Assembly (NCBI GenBank): GCA_965224025.1
Contig: OZ245033.1
Location: 1,920,001-1,984,000, forward strand
Length of the DNA stretch: 64,000 nucleotides
Source of the DNA: Candidatus Multivorans sp.
GTDB taxonomy: Bacteria > Acidobacteriota > Thermoanaerobaculia > Multivoradales > Multivoraceae
Direction of reading: 5' to 3'
Shown piece after piece: positions 30,690-41,139 of the stretch. The translations under genes and the position numbers were made by a program. The notes under the pieces were generated by a model. That model was given only the letters and a program-made list of their open reading frames with translations, did no database searches and was not told the origin of the DNA. The first letter of the stretch is position 1. Every line of letters begins with the position of its first letter.

Positions 30690-32282
30690 ATGAGTCTGTT
30701 CGCCTGGTCGTGGATGTTCCTCATCCTCTACATCGCCGGCATGCTGACGTTCGGCTGGATCGCCAGCCGGCGAATCAGCAACGCGGACGATTTCGCCACC
30801 GCGCGCAGCAGCTACGGCCCCTACTTCCTGGCCCTGGCCTTTGCCGCCACGACCGCCAGCGGCGCCACCTTCCTCGGCAGTCCCGGCCTGGGCTACCAGT
30901 TCGGCATGGCCAGCGTCTGGGGCAAGTTCCTCTACCCGATGGGGGTCTACTTCGGAGTCCTGATCACGATCAGGCTGGTCGCCAACTCGGGGCACAAGTT
31001 CGGCAACCGGTCGATCCCCGAGTACCTCGGCGACCGCTACCGGAGCGACGGCGTGCGGCTGCTGGTCTCCGTCTTCTCCCTGGTCCTGTTCTTCTACGTC
31101 GCCGGGCAGCTCGTGTCGGGGCTGGTCATGTTCGAGACCATGCTGGGCCTCAAGCCGATGACGGCGCTGATCATCACGTCGGGCGTGCTGCTCGTCTACG
31201 TCGTCCTCGGCGGCGCCCACGCGGACATCCTCACGGACGGCATCCAGGGCATGATGATGCTCGCGGTCGCGGTGGTCGTCATCGTTATGTTCCTCTTCGC
31301 CTCCGGAATGGACGGCGGCCTCGGGGCGCTGATCGACAACCTGCGCGCCCAGGACGAGCACATGGTCGGGCCGCTCAACCAATCCAACTCCCTCTACGAC
31401 TCGTGGTGGGCGATTGCGGTCGTTCTCTTCGCCCACATTCCGCTCGGCATGCTGCCCCACATCGGCAACAAGGTGTGGGCGCTCAAGAACGACGGCGACC
31501 GGATGCGCTTCGTCAAGCTCGCCTTCGCCGTTGGCCTGACGATGGGCATGCTGGGGCTCGGCGGCATCCTCGCCCGCGGCGTCCTCGGCGGCGAACTTCT
31601 GGCGGCCGGGCGCAACCCGAACGAGGCGCTGCCCGCGCTGTTCATCGAACTGTTCCCGACCTGGTTGGCGGCCCTCATCGGCGTGGGGATCCTGGCCGCG
31701 ATCATGTCGACGGCGGACGGACTTGTCGTGTCGTCGTCCCAGATCGTCGCCAACGACATCTACCGCCGGTCGATCGTTCCCAAGTACAGCCCCCACCTGA
31801 GCGACGAAGACGTCGATCGCAAGGTGCTGGCGATCAGCCGCTGGAGCACGGTGATCGTGCTGGTCCTGTGTACCTTGATGGCCTGGGCGATGCAGGACAT
31901 GAACATCGCGCTCCTGGTCTGGATCGGCACCGGCGGCATGATGGCCGCCTTCGCGGGTCCGCTGGTCGTCGGCGGGTTGTGGCGCGGCGTTACTCTCGCA
32001 GGCGCCTACACGGGCCTTGTCAGCGGCATGCTGACCTTCATCCTGCTGCGCAGCGGCCTGCCCTGGATGATCGTCGACCCGAGCTCGCTCGGGCCGCTGT
32101 CCGGAATTGCCGAGTGGCTGCACCACTACCGGGCCAACCCGTTCTCCTGCGCGGTCGTCGGCGAGGTCGTGTCCATCGCCGGTACTTGTGCGGTGTCCAA
32201 GTTGACCCAGCCGCTGCCTGAAGACCACGTCGAACGGCTGTTCGCGGCGCCGTCGGAGCCGGCTGAGGCAGCGGGGGGTTAG
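30690..32282 (+). CDS. Sodium:solute symporter (SSS family)
   Basis: Many TM segments; ATTASGATFLGSPG, PEYLGDRY, TDGIQG, AAIMSTADG; GGAGG RBS. Confidence 0.9.
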   Translation: MSLFAWSWMFLILYIAGMLTFGWIASRRISNADDFATARSSYGPYFLALAFAATTASGATFLGSPGLGYQFGMASVWGKFLYPMGVYFGVLITIRLVANSGHKFGNRSIPEYLGDRYRSDGVRLLVSVFSLVLFFYVAGQLVSGLVMFETMLGLKPMTALIITSGVLLVYVVLGGAHADILTDGIQGMMMLAVAVVVIVMFLFASGMDGGLGALIDNLRAQDEHMVGPLNQSNSLYDSWWAIAVVLFAHIPLGMLPHIGNKVWALKNDGDRMRFVKLAFAVGLTMGMLGLGGILARGVLGGELLAAGRNPNEALPALFIELFPTWLAALIGVGILAAIMSTADGLVVSSSQIVANDIYRRSIVPKYSPHLSDEDVDRKVLAISRWSTVIVLVLCTLMAWAMQDMNIALLVWIGTGGMMAAFAGPLVVGGLWRGVTLAGAYTGLVSGMLTFILLRSGLPWMIVDPSSLGPLSGIAEWLHHYRANPFSCAVVGEVVSIAGTCAVSKLTQPLPEDHVERLFAAPSEPAEAAGG

Positions 32283-32434
32283 CCTGGTTCGTGTCTGCCA
32301 GAGAATCCAGAAACCGTTGATTCTACAAGGGCTTGTGGCGGATCTGCGAGTGCGAAGATGGCGTTGATGTCGTAGTCTACGGGCTTGAATCGCGGTCTTG
32401 GGGCGGTTTTGGCTTGATCTTCGGAGGTCTTGGG

Positions 32435-32916
32435 ATGCGGGAAGTCCATCGTCGGCAGTTCGAGTTGGGCCAGACGCCGATTGGCGAGATCTGGATCGAC
32501 CCGAAGTGTCGGGACGACATTCCGGCGGTGTTGCGGGGCGTCTCGCCGCCACCGCTCTGGCAGTAGCGCAGCGTCGGGCGTGCAGCTTCGACCGCAACTT
32601 CCACATCCCGGAGAACCGCATCCGGCTCGACGAGCTTCTCGATCTCAACGTGCTGCCGAAGAAGGGCTATCCGTCGGTCGTCGATCGGGAGCGTGAGAAC
32701 GGCGAAGCGTTCGTCGCCGCCCGGCGTGCGCATCCGGCAGTCGAATCGGCGATCAACGCTCTGGAGCATCGCGGCCTCGACCGTGTCCGAAGCGGCGGCG
32801 CCGACGGCTTCGAGCGCACTGTCGCCCTCTCGGTACTCGCAGCCAACCTGCATCGCCTCGGCCGAATGCTCCAGGCGCTCGAACGAAAGCGCCGGCGGCG
32901 ACGACGCGCCGCCTGA
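32435..32916 (+). pseudogene. Internally deleted ISNCY-type transposase remnant
   Basis: N-term MREVHRRQFELG..RDDIPAVLRG joined out of frame to C-term SFDRNFH..LPKKG..HPAVESAINALEHRGLDR. Confidence 0.7.
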
Positions 32917-33079
32917 CCGCCGCGGCAGCTTGCACTACGCGCGGCGCCGCCTTCCCGCTCATTTCAGGATTGGAAAGCACTTCCCGCCGGAGGCCTTCCG
33001 CGAAGGTGGCGGGCGGCGGTCCGAGACCGAAGCGAAGACAACCCGGCATGCCGGCCCAGCGGCCCGCGACCAGTAGCAC

Positions 33080-33400
33080 GCTTCGGATGGCTCAGGTAGA
33101 TGAGCTTCGTCCGTTCGCCGACGGCGGCCTCGAACGTCTTCCAGTCGAGCGACCAACTCGACTCGTCTTCGCCGGGCAGGAGCGACACGTCCCGCACCAC
33201 CGCGCCCGGCGCCCCGCGCCGCCAGCGCCACTTGCAGATAGGTGGGCACGATCGCCACCACCTCGTCGCCGGGCTCGATCAACACCTGCACGGTCACGTA
33301 GTTCGCCTCGGACGAGCGGCTCGATGCCGCTCTCGCTCAGATTGACGTCCACCCGGTGTTCCCAGAGCGACTGCTGCCGCTACAGTTCGAAGGTCTCCAT
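33080..33400 (-). pseudogene. Class I/II aminotransferase fragment
   Basis: METFEL*RQQSLWEHRVDVNLSESG, then SSEANY..LIEPGDEVV..PTYLQ..TKLIYLSHP with stop, deletion and truncation. Confidence 0.65.
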
Positions 33401-33451
33401 TTCCACTTCAATGCCCTCTGTGGTTCCTCTTCCGCCGCTGGGCGCCGCAGT

Positions 33452-35104
33452 ATGCCCGCCTCCGTCAGGATAGGGGTCGTGCCTCGTGCTCGAATCCTGC
33501 TGCGGCTGCTCGGCGCGGTACACCTCGTCTCCTTCGTCTCACTCTGGGTGCAGGTCGACGGTCTGATCGGGTCGCGCGGCATCCTGCCGGCCGGGGAGTT
33601 CTTCGCCTACCTCGAGCGCGTGCTCGGACCCGGCACGCTCGAACGCCTGGCGAAGGCGCCGTCGTTGCTCTGGTTTTCTCCCAGCGACACGGCGCTGCAC
33701 GCCCTCTGTGCGGCCGGCGTCGTCCTCTCGCTGCTCGCGGTCGCCGGCATGGTGACCGTCCCCGTCTTCGGCGCTCTCTGGCTCTGCTACCTGTCGCTGG
33801 TCTGGGGCGGACAGACCTTTCTCGCCTTCCAGTGGGACACGCTGCTGCTCGAGGCAACGGTCTGCGGCATCGTGCTCGCGCCCCTGGGTTGGCCGTTCCG
33901 AAGTCCGCCAGGAGTGCCGCCGGGTTCCGAGCCGCGGCTGCGGTCGTTCACGGCCTCCGTCCGTTCTGCCTTCCAGGTCGCTCCGGAAACGGCGGCAAGC
34001 CGGCCCGGCCTGTGGCTCTTCCGCCTCCTGGTGGTCAAGCTGATGTTCCTCTCCGGCGCGGTCAAGCTGCTCAGCCTCGATTCGACGTGGTGGCAACTGA
34101 CCGCACTCGATGTCCACTACTTCACCCAGCCGTTGCCGGTCACGGCGAGCTGGTACGCGCACCACCTCCCGGACTGGTTCCAGCGCCTGTCGGTGCTGAT
34201 CATGTTCGCGGTGGAGCTGGCGGCGCCGTGGTTTGTGTTCTCTCGGCGACTGCGTCGCACCGGCATGGGATTGCTGCTGGCGCTTCAACTCCTGATTGCC
34301 GCCACCGGCAACTACGGCTTCTTCAACCTGCTGAGCGTGGTGCTCTGCCTGTCGTGGCTCGACGGCGGCGGGTTCGGTTGGATGGCCGGTCGCGGCTGGC
34401 AGGTGGACAGCCCCGCTCAACCAGCTCCGATTCCCAGGGACGGCAGCCCCCTGCCGGCCGCCTCCCAACGGATCCGCTGGGCGGCAGCCGCCGCGATCCT
34501 CTGTCTGAGCCTCCTGGTCGCCACCCGCGAACTCACCCGCTCCCTGCCGCGCGGACCGGACACTCCCCCACGGGCGACCGCTGCCGCTGACCTGCTGGAC
34601 CGGTTGCTGGTCGATCCGGCAACGCCCCTGCTACGAGCCATCGCCCCCTTCCGCTCGATCAACGGTTACGGCCTGTTCCGCGCCATGACGACTTCGCGTC
34701 CGGAGATCGTGATCGAGACGAGTGCCGACGGCGTGAGGTGGACGGAGCTTGCCTTCCGCTTCAAACCCGGCGACGTGAAACGTCCACCGCGCGCCGCCCA
34801 ACCGCACATGCCCCGACTCGACTGGCAGATGTGGTTCGCGGCGCTCGATCCGCAGCGGGCCGACTGGTTGGGCCCCTTCGTGACGCGGCTGTTCGAGGGC
34901 GAACCTGCGGTGTTGCGGCTGCTCGGCGCCGACAGCCGGCAGGCCGAACGGCCCAACTACGTGCGCCTGCGGCTCTACGACTACTCGTTCAGCGAACCTG
35001 GTGCGGGCGAACCCTGGTGGCGAAGGGAACTGCTCTACGATCTCTCGCCCGTGCTCGAACGAACTGCCTTCGTGGCAGTGCCGGTCCAGAAAGCCGGCTT
35101 GTGA
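33452..35104 (+). CDS. Lipase maturation factor (LMF1) family membrane protein
   Basis: GLIGSRGILP, FQWDTLLLE, HYFTQPLP, TGNYGFFN, PHMPRLDWQMWFAAL; start uncertain. Confidence 0.9.
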   Translation: MPASVRIGVVPRARILLRLLGAVHLVSFVSLWVQVDGLIGSRGILPAGEFFAYLERVLGPGTLERLAKAPSLLWFSPSDTALHALCAAGVVLSLLAVAGMVTVPVFGALWLCYLSLVWGGQTFLAFQWDTLLLEATVCGIVLAPLGWPFRSPPGVPPGSEPRLRSFTASVRSAFQVAPETAASRPGLWLFRLLVVKLMFLSGAVKLLSLDSTWWQLTALDVHYFTQPLPVTASWYAHHLPDWFQRLSVLIMFAVELAAPWFVFSRRLRRTGMGLLLALQLLIAATGNYGFFNLLSVVLCLSWLDGGGFGWMAGRGWQVDSPAQPAPIPRDGSPLPAASQRIRWAAAAAILCLSLLVATRELTRSLPRGPDTPPRATAAADLLDRLLVDPATPLLRAIAPFRSINGYGLFRAMTTSRPEIVIETSADGVRWTELAFRFKPGDVKRPPRAAQPHMPRLDWQMWFAALDPQRADWLGPFVTRLFEGEPAVLRLLGADSRQAERPNYVRLRLYDYSFSEPGAGEPWWRRELLYDLSPVLERTAFVAVPVQKAGL

Positions 35105-35167
35105 GGTCCGCCGGGGAACTCGCCGGCGGCGGCCCGTACAGCCGCGTGCGATCGGGCAAAACGCCTC

Positions 35168-36196
35168 CTACGGCAACGCATGAACCGACGGCATGACGTC
35201 CACGGCGGGGCTCCCGAAGCCGAAGTCCGTCGGCTCGTACTCGCCCACGATCCGCACGTCGCTCTGCTCCGGGATCCGGTCCTCCATCCCGAGTCCCCAG
35301 TACACGGCGTTCACCACCAGCCGCCGGAGCCCCTCGCTTTCGAAGTCCGTAGAGGCGCCCATCGTGGTCGTGAACACGCGCGCGGACTTGCCGCCGCTGC
35401 CCGTGTACGAGCGGGTCCAGGCCAAGGGTTCCATGGGCTCGTTCTTCGGTCCCTCGACGGGCGGATCGTCCGGAGACATACCGGCCAGCACCGCGCCCAA
35501 CAGCAGCACGTCGGCGTCGTCACCGAGGTTCTTGACGCCGTAGACGTCCGTCGGACCCCAGACATCGGTCACGCCGCGCAGGATCGGATGGCCGGCGGCG
35601 CCGGGCGCCATGACGCCGCGGGTGCTCTCCCGGCCGTGGTGACCGTGGTGGTTGATCCACGTTTCACCGAGCACCTGTTGCCCGAATCCGCCCGGCCAGG
35701 TCTCGCTGCGAAAGCTCCAGTGCGAGTACGGGCTGTCCGGGTTGCGCTGATAGGAGAAGGCGTGCGTGGCGGTCCGCAGGCCCACGATCGGCCTCCCCGA
35801 TTCGACGTAGTCGACGATGTGCTTCATCTGCTCGTCGGGAAGCTCCCGGAACCGCGTCGCGATGACCATCAGGTCAGCGTCGTCGAGCGCTTCGAGACCC
35901 GGGATGTTCGTCTGCTCTTCCGGATCGATCGCCCCGGTCTCGGCGTCGATCGAGAACAGCACGACGCACTCGAAGCCGTGCCGCACGGAGAGCACCTTGC
36001 CCAGCATCGGCATCGCCTCTTCCGAGCGGTACTCCTCGTCGCCGGCGATCAGGACGACCTTGCGGCCGGCGCCGGGGCCGTCGCCGCCGGAGTAGATCAC
36101 CCACTGCTGTTCGCTGCTGAATGCCGGCCCGTGCAGGAAGGGCAAGAGCACCGCACACAACGCCGGCCCGGCCGGAAGAAGACGATCCATTCTCAT
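35168..36196 (-). CDS. Secreted ThuA-like (class I glutamine amidotransferase-like fold) protein
   Basis: Signal peptide; GDEEYRSEE, RFRELP, GLRTATHAF, HPILRG, RVFTTTMG. Confidence 0.75.
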   Translation of the reverse strand: MRMDRLLPAGPALCAVLLPFLHGPAFSSEQQWVIYSGGDGPGAGRKVVLIAGDEEYRSEEAMPMLGKVLSVRHGFECVVLFSIDAETGAIDPEEQTNIPGLEALDDADLMVIATRFRELPDEQMKHIVDYVESGRPIVGLRTATHAFSYQRNPDSPYSHWSFRSETWPGGFGQQVLGETWINHHGHHGRESTRGVMAPGAAGHPILRGVTDVWGPTDVYGVKNLGDDADVLLLGAVLAGMSPDDPPVEGPKNEPMEPLAWTRSYTGSGGKSARVFTTTMGASTDFESEGLRRLVVNAVYWGLGMEDRIPEQSDVRIVGEYEPTDFGFGSPAVDVMPSVHALP

Positions 36197-36466
36197 TTCT
36201 GAAGCCTCCAGGATCAGCCTGAGAGCTTGCGCCGCAGGACGCAGCGTAGCAAGTCTGCGGCGAAAGCTCCCAGGCGAGGACGGGATGGGCCGAAACACCG
36301 AGCCTGCGAGGGGTTTCGGGGCGGTAGCACCTAGCCCTAGCACGTGACGCTCCGGACAGCACGGGCGGACGCCTGCATCCAGCAGCCGAGTTGGCGCTAC
36401 TTCCCGCATCACGTACACTCAACGGCCACTTTCGACGGCTTGCACCGTACGTTCCAGGAAGCCCAA

Positions 36467-36703
36467 ATGAAGAGACAACTCCCTCACCTTGCCTTCTTCC
36501 TCGGCGTGCTCCTGCTCGCAACCGGTAGCGCGGAGGCACAAGAATTGAAGACGGAATTCCTCGGCTCGCAGCCGGGCTTCTCACACATCGCCAAGACGAC
36601 CGCGGGCAGCGTCACCACGATCCTCATCTCGGGCCAGGTCGGCTGGGCCGACGACGGCGCGCCCGCGGACACTCTCGCGGAGCAGGTCGAGAAAGCGAAA
36701 TGA
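36467..36703 (+). pseudogene. RidA/YjgF family protein with signal peptide, C-terminally truncated
   Basis: PGFSH..ILISGQVG..LAEQ then stop; the C-terminal half is missing. Confidence 0.6.
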
Positions 36704-36789
36704 GCCGTCGTGCCGAGTCCACTCCCGCCTCCCGCCGGCCAGTTCCCGGCCCCGGAGCAGGAGTACAGGCGTACCCGCAAGCGGCGTGC

Positions 36790-38200
36790 CGCCCCGCGCC
36801 GTCGGTGACGGTTTGACGCCTGCCTGCTCTGACTACAACCCCGGGTAGACCAACGCCGTTCGCGGTCACTGCGCCGGCCACCGAGCCCGACGCGTCGCCT
36901 AACTCGAGCCTAACCTCCACGGTTTCTCCGGCGACGACCTGCACGGAAGTTCTCGCATCCTCCAGCGCTCCGGCGCCGCTGGCAACCACGTCGTATCGCC
37001 CCGCCTCAAGGCCAGCCACGCGGAACGTGCCATCACCGGCCGTCGGGCCCCCGATCCATCTGTCGTGCGCCGCCCGTGAACTCTGCTCAAGGTGCACCCA
37101 AGTACGAACGGGCGTCCCCGCGTGGGTCACTCGCCCTCGAACAACTGCCTCGGGCTGCAGAACGACCCGCAGAGGGGCGGCGCCGGTCGGCGCAACGGCC
37201 AAGAGTCGCTCGGTCGCCAGCCCCGAGGCGGAAACCTCAAGATCGACCAGGGAGTACTCGTTCAATCCGGTGACGAGGAACTGGCCGAGCGGATCGCTTC
37301 GCAGTTCCGCGGCGACTTGGCTCCCCCGGAACAGTTCGGTCCGTGGGACCCGTCCGTGCCCCCATCGACAACCCCGGCCGCCAGAATCCGGGCGCCTGGG
37401 ACCGGAACGAGATCCTGGTCAGGTAGCCGGGGCGTTCCGTGGACACCAGCAGGGAACTCAGCGGGTCCGCCGGCAACGGGCCGAAGACTGGGCGCGTCGG
37501 GCGAGTGATGCGCCCACCCACGAACTCGAACCACAAACGGCCGGAGAGAAGGGCCGCGTCGACTTTGAACCTCCCGGCCGCGTCGGTCACGGCCAATGGC
37601 ACGCCCGCCCTGTCTCGAACCAGCGAACCTGAGAGCAACTGGCCAGCCCCGTCGCGCAGTTCCACCTCGGCTGCGGAAGCCCCCTCCAAGCGAACAGCCG
37701 ACGTCGAGCCGGGACGGCACGTCGAGGTCCGGCTGCGATAGCCGGGGGCGGCAACCAGCAGTTCCGACGGCTCTCCACTGGGTACGACGATCGAGGCGAC
37801 CCCGCGTTCGTCGGTGCGCGTCGGCGGCCGCCACATGCGCCACGCGGGAATCACAGAAGGCCGTCGACCCTCATCGTCCGGTTCGGCCGCGGCGTGTGCC
37901 ACCACTCGCGCCGCCGCTACCGGGTTACCATCGCCTCCCGCCACCGCGACCCGGCACGCCGATGCTTCGACCGGCGACGGCGCCGACAGGTGGCCTGGGG
38001 CCACTTCCTGCCGCCAGAGGAGAGCCATCGGCAGTCGCCCGCCGCCTTCGACCACGACCCACCACGAAGCTCCCTCCGGCGCCGTGCCCCGCACAACGCC
38101 CGTCCCGTCCGCCGAAGACACGACAACGACCGGACGGAGCGCTTCAGGCGGCGACTCGGCGAGCCAGTCTCCCGCTCCCTGTCCCGCGCTCCGCGCGGGC
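36790..38200 (-). pseudogene. Carboxypeptidase-regulatory-like (beta-sandwich repeat) surface protein fragments
   Basis: GRVT..GTP, TAGDGTFRVAGLEAGRYDVVAS, TDERG, TDAAGRF repeats spread over two frames; no clean start or end; boundaries approximate. Confidence 0.55.
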
Positions 38201-38214
38201 ATGGAGCGGGAGAC
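38167..38214. repeat. Near-perfect 48-bp palindrome overlapping tRNA-Gly 3' end
   Basis: GTCTCCCGCTCC (38167-38178) is the exact reverse complement of 38203-38214; inner CCCGCGC/GCGCGGG-type stem. Confidence 0.75.
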
Positions 38215-38276
38215 GGGATTCGAACCCGCGACCAACAGCTTGGAAGGCTGTGACTCTACCCCTGAGTTACTCCCGC
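38202..38276 (-). tRNA. tRNA-Gly (TCC)
   Basis: Cloverleaf GCGGGAG...CT-TCC-AA...TTCGAAT...CTCCCGC-T-CCA. Confidence 0.97.
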
Positions 38277-38297
38277 GCGCCCGCGAAGGGGAAGAAG

Positions 38298-38384
38298 TGG
38301 TGGAGGCGGATGGATTCGAACCATCGTAGGGCGTTGCCCGACAGATTTACAGTCTGTTGCCTTTGACCGCTCGGCCACACCTCC
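38298..38384 (-). tRNA. tRNA-Tyr (GTA)
   Basis: GGAGGTG...CT-GTA-AA, long variable arm, TTCGAAT, CCA end. Confidence 0.97.
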
Positions 38385-38398
38385 GGCAACTTCCTCCG

Positions 38399-38474
38399 TG
38401 GAGCCGGCACCCGGATTCGAACCGAGGACCTACTGCTTACAAGGCAGTTGCTCTACCAACTGAGCTATGCCGGC
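38399..38474 (-). tRNA. tRNA-Thr (TGT)
   Basis: GCCGGCA...CT-TGT-AA...TTCGAAT...TGCCGGC-T-CCA. Confidence 0.97.
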
Positions 38475-38512
38475 CCTCGCAACGAGGCTTCTGAGTGCCA
38501 CGGCGACGCCGG

Positions 38513-38541
38513 AGTCTACGCCAAGCTCTCCGGCCTGACAA
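38513..38541 (-). promoter_or_regulatory. Sigma70 promoter of tRNA cluster
   Basis: TTGTCA-17 bp-TAGACT on the minus strand. Confidence 0.6.
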
Positions 38542-39307
38542 GACGCTGGCGCACCGCTTCGTAGAGCAGCGCCGCGGCCGCCGTGGAGAGGTTGAGGGAC
38601 TCGACGCGGCCCCGCATCGGCAGGCCGAGAAGGCCGTCGCAGAGACTCTTCGTCCGATGGCGTAAGCCGCGCGCCTCGCCGCCGATGCAAAGCACGATCG
38701 GGCCGCTCAGGTCGACCGTCCACGGCGCTTCACCTGTGGCGTCGGCGCCGTAGACCCAGAAACCGTCCCGCTTGAGGCGTTCGATCTCCTGGCCGCTGTT
38801 CACAATCCGCTCGACTTCGAGCCAGTCGACCGCACCCGCGGCGGTTCCGCCGACCGCGGCGGAGAGCGGCGCCGCGCCGCGGTCGCGGATCAGAACACGG
38901 CCAACCCCGGCCCCCTCGCACACTCGCAGCAGGGCACCCAGGTTCCGTGGATCCTGCACGTCCTCGACCAGCACCAGGAGTTCCGTGTCGGCAGCAGCAA
39001 TCGGCGATCCGCCGCGCCTTCGCGGCACAAGGACCGCCGCGAAACCGCGCGCCGCCCGGTGATCAAGTCCCGCCGCTTCGAGCCGCGCCCGCAGTTCAGC
39101 GGCGGCCACGCTCTGAACCGGCACGCGATGTCTCGTGCACAGGCCCTCGATCGTCCGCCGGCGCTCCCCTGCCGCCCTCGAGATGACGATTTCGGCGACC
39201 TGGTGTGGCTGGCTGCGGAGGATCTCACGGACCGGCTGGAAGCCCAGCCGCCATTCCGGGTCAGGGGCTCGCTCCGGCGTACCACGGCGATCTCCCTGTC
39301 TGCTCAC
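38516..39307 (-). CDS. rlmB: 23S rRNA (G2251-2'-O) methyltransferase, SpoU family
   Basis: VQDPRNLGALLR, IGGEARG, LPMRGRVESLNLS. Confidence 0.85.
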   Translation of the reverse strand: MSRQGDRRGTPERAPDPEWRLGFQPVREILRSQPHQVAEIVISRAAGERRRTIEGLCTRHRVPVQSVAAAELRARLEAAGLDHRAARGFAAVLVPRRRGGSPIAAADTELLVLVEDVQDPRNLGALLRVCEGAGVGRVLIRDRGAAPLSAAVGGTAAGAVDWLEVERIVNSGQEIERLKRDGFWVYGADATGEAPWTVDLSGPIVLCIGGEARGLRHRTKSLCDGLLGLPMRGRVESLNLSTAAAALLYEAVRQRLVRPESLA

Positions 39308-40497
39308 GAGCGCCGCCGCTCGATCAGTACGACTGCCTCGGCCGCCATGCCCTCACCTCGACCGAGGGGGCCCAGCCCTTCATGGGTCGTGGCCTTGAAG
39401 TTCATGCGCCCGGGGTCGAGTCCGAGCAGGCGCCCCACATGGTCCTCGATCGCCTCGCGGTAGGGCGCCATGGACGGCCGCTCGGCAATCAGCGTCACAT
39501 CGCAGTTCCGTACCTCGAACCCCTGCTCCCGGACCAGGTCGACGATCCGCCGGAGCAGATCCGAGCTGTCGGCTCCGCGCCAGGTCTCGCTCGACGGCGG
39601 AAAGTGAACTCCCAGGTCACCGAGCCCCGCGGCGCCGAGCAGGGCGTCGCCGATGGCGTGGAGCACCACGTCGGCATCGCTGTGACCGTCCAGACCGACC
39701 TCGTGCGGAATCCGCTGGCCGGCGAGGATCAAGGGCCGCCCAGCGACCAGCCGGTGCACGTCGTAGCCCTGGCCGACCGCGGTCTCGACGACCCCTCGCG
39801 CCCCGTGCCGCGGTCGCAGCAGCGCCTCGATCATGGCGCGATCCGACGGATCGGTGAGTTTCGGGTTCGGGTGGGACGCCGCAACGGCGGCGATCGAACC
39901 CGGCTCGAACAGGCTGCTCTCGTCGTTCACCTCCAGATCCCGCGCGGCCGCCCGATCAAGCGCCGCCGCCAGTTTCCCAGCCCGGAAGACCTGGGGCGTC
40001 TCGGCCCGAAACAGACCCGCCCGATCGACCGTGGCGCCGAGCCGGCCCGACTCGACCGTCTTCAGGGTGTCGCTCACGGGGCGTCCGAGGACCGCGCCGG
40101 CCCTGCCATTCTCGGCCGCCGCCCGGACGACGGCTTCGAGGTCCACCGCGCTCAGACAGGGACGGGCGCCGTCGTGAACCGCAACCCAGTCGGAGGGATC
40201 CGCGGCGGTCGCGGCGAGCGCGGCCGCTACGGAATCCTGGCGGCGCCGGCCACCCTCCACCGTGGCGACCGCAACTCCCGGCCGCGGCCCAACTTCCTCC
40301 GCCAGCATCTCCAGCGTCTCCTTGGCGCTCCCCGCGGGCGCCGCGACGACCACCCGGTCGATGACCGTGACGGCGACAAGCCGCTCGACCGTCCAGGCCA
40401 GTACCGGGCGGTCCAGGAGCAGGGAGAACTGCTTCGGCCGATCGCCACCGAACCGCCTGCCCCTTCCGGCGGCCGGGACAATTGCGTGAACGGTCAA
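39304..40497 (-). CDS. ispDF: Bifunctional IspD/IspF
   Basis: PAAGRGRRFG..KQF, RQDSV, HDGARP, ETPQVF; then GQGYDVH, GHSDADV.LHA..DA, KATTHE. Confidence 0.93.
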   Translation of the reverse strand: MTVHAIVPAAGRGRRFGGDRPKQFSLLLDRPVLAWTVERLVAVTVIDRVVVAAPAGSAKETLEMLAEEVGPRPGVAVATVEGGRRRQDSVAAALAATAADPSDWVAVHDGARPCLSAVDLEAVVRAAAENGRAGAVLGRPVSDTLKTVESGRLGATVDRAGLFRAETPQVFRAGKLAAALDRAAARDLEVNDESSLFEPGSIAAVAASHPNPKLTDPSDRAMIEALLRPRHGARGVVETAVGQGYDVHRLVAGRPLILAGQRIPHEVGLDGHSDADVVLHAIGDALLGAAGLGDLGVHFPPSSETWRGADSSDLLRRIVDLVREQGFEVRNCDVTLIAERPSMAPYREAIEDHVGRLLGLDPGRMNFKATTHEGLGPLGRGEGMAAEAVVLIERRRS

Positions 40498-40519
40498 AGC
40501 AGGGCTCGAGGACGGGCTG

Positions 40520-41074
40520 CTAGACCTCGAGGATGTCCTTCTCCTTGTTCGCCAGCGCCTGGTTCACCAGGCCGATGTAGTGGTCGTGCAGCCTCTGCAT
40601 CTCGTCGAACCCCCGGCGTTCCTCGTCCTGCGAAATCTCCTTGCCCTTCTCCATCTGCTTCAGGCGATCGTTGCCTTCGCGACGCACGCCGCGCACGGTA
40701 TTGCGGAAGCGCTCCGTGATCTCGTGGCCGCGCTTCACCATCTCCTTGCGACGCTCCTCGGTGAGGGGAGGCACCGGGATACGGACGATCCTGCCGTCGT
40801 TGGAGGGATTCAGCCCCAGATCGGCAACCAGGATCGCGCGCTCGATCGCGGCGATCTGGGTCGGATCGAACGGCTGCGCCACCAGCAGCGTGGCGTCGGC
40901 GACCGACAGGCTCGCGAGCTGATTGAGTGGCGTCGGCGTGCCGTAGTACTCCACGGCGACCCCATCGAGCAGCGCCGTCGAGGCCCTACCGGTCCGTAGC
41001 GTCTTCAGCTCCTGGTGAAGGTGGTCGACGCCATCCCTCATCTTGAGCTCCATCTCCAAGAACAGTTCTTGCAT
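40520..41074 (-). CDS. frr: Ribosome recycling factor
   Basis: LRTGRAS, YYG..PLNQ, LGLNP.NDG, PPLTEERR. Confidence 0.97.
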   Translation of the reverse strand: MQELFLEMELKMRDGVDHLHQELKTLRTGRASTALLDGVAVEYYGTPTPLNQLASLSVADATLLVAQPFDPTQIAAIERAILVADLGLNPSNDGRIVRIPVPPLTEERRKEMVKRGHEITERFRNTVRGVRREGNDRLKQMEKGKEISQDEERRGFDEMQRLHDHYIGLVNQALANKEKDILEV

Positions 41075-41139
41075 GTGACCCTCTGCCTCCGTCTACCGAC
41101 TCTAACGCCGCGCCGGGTTGCGGCTCGACGCAGAACGGT

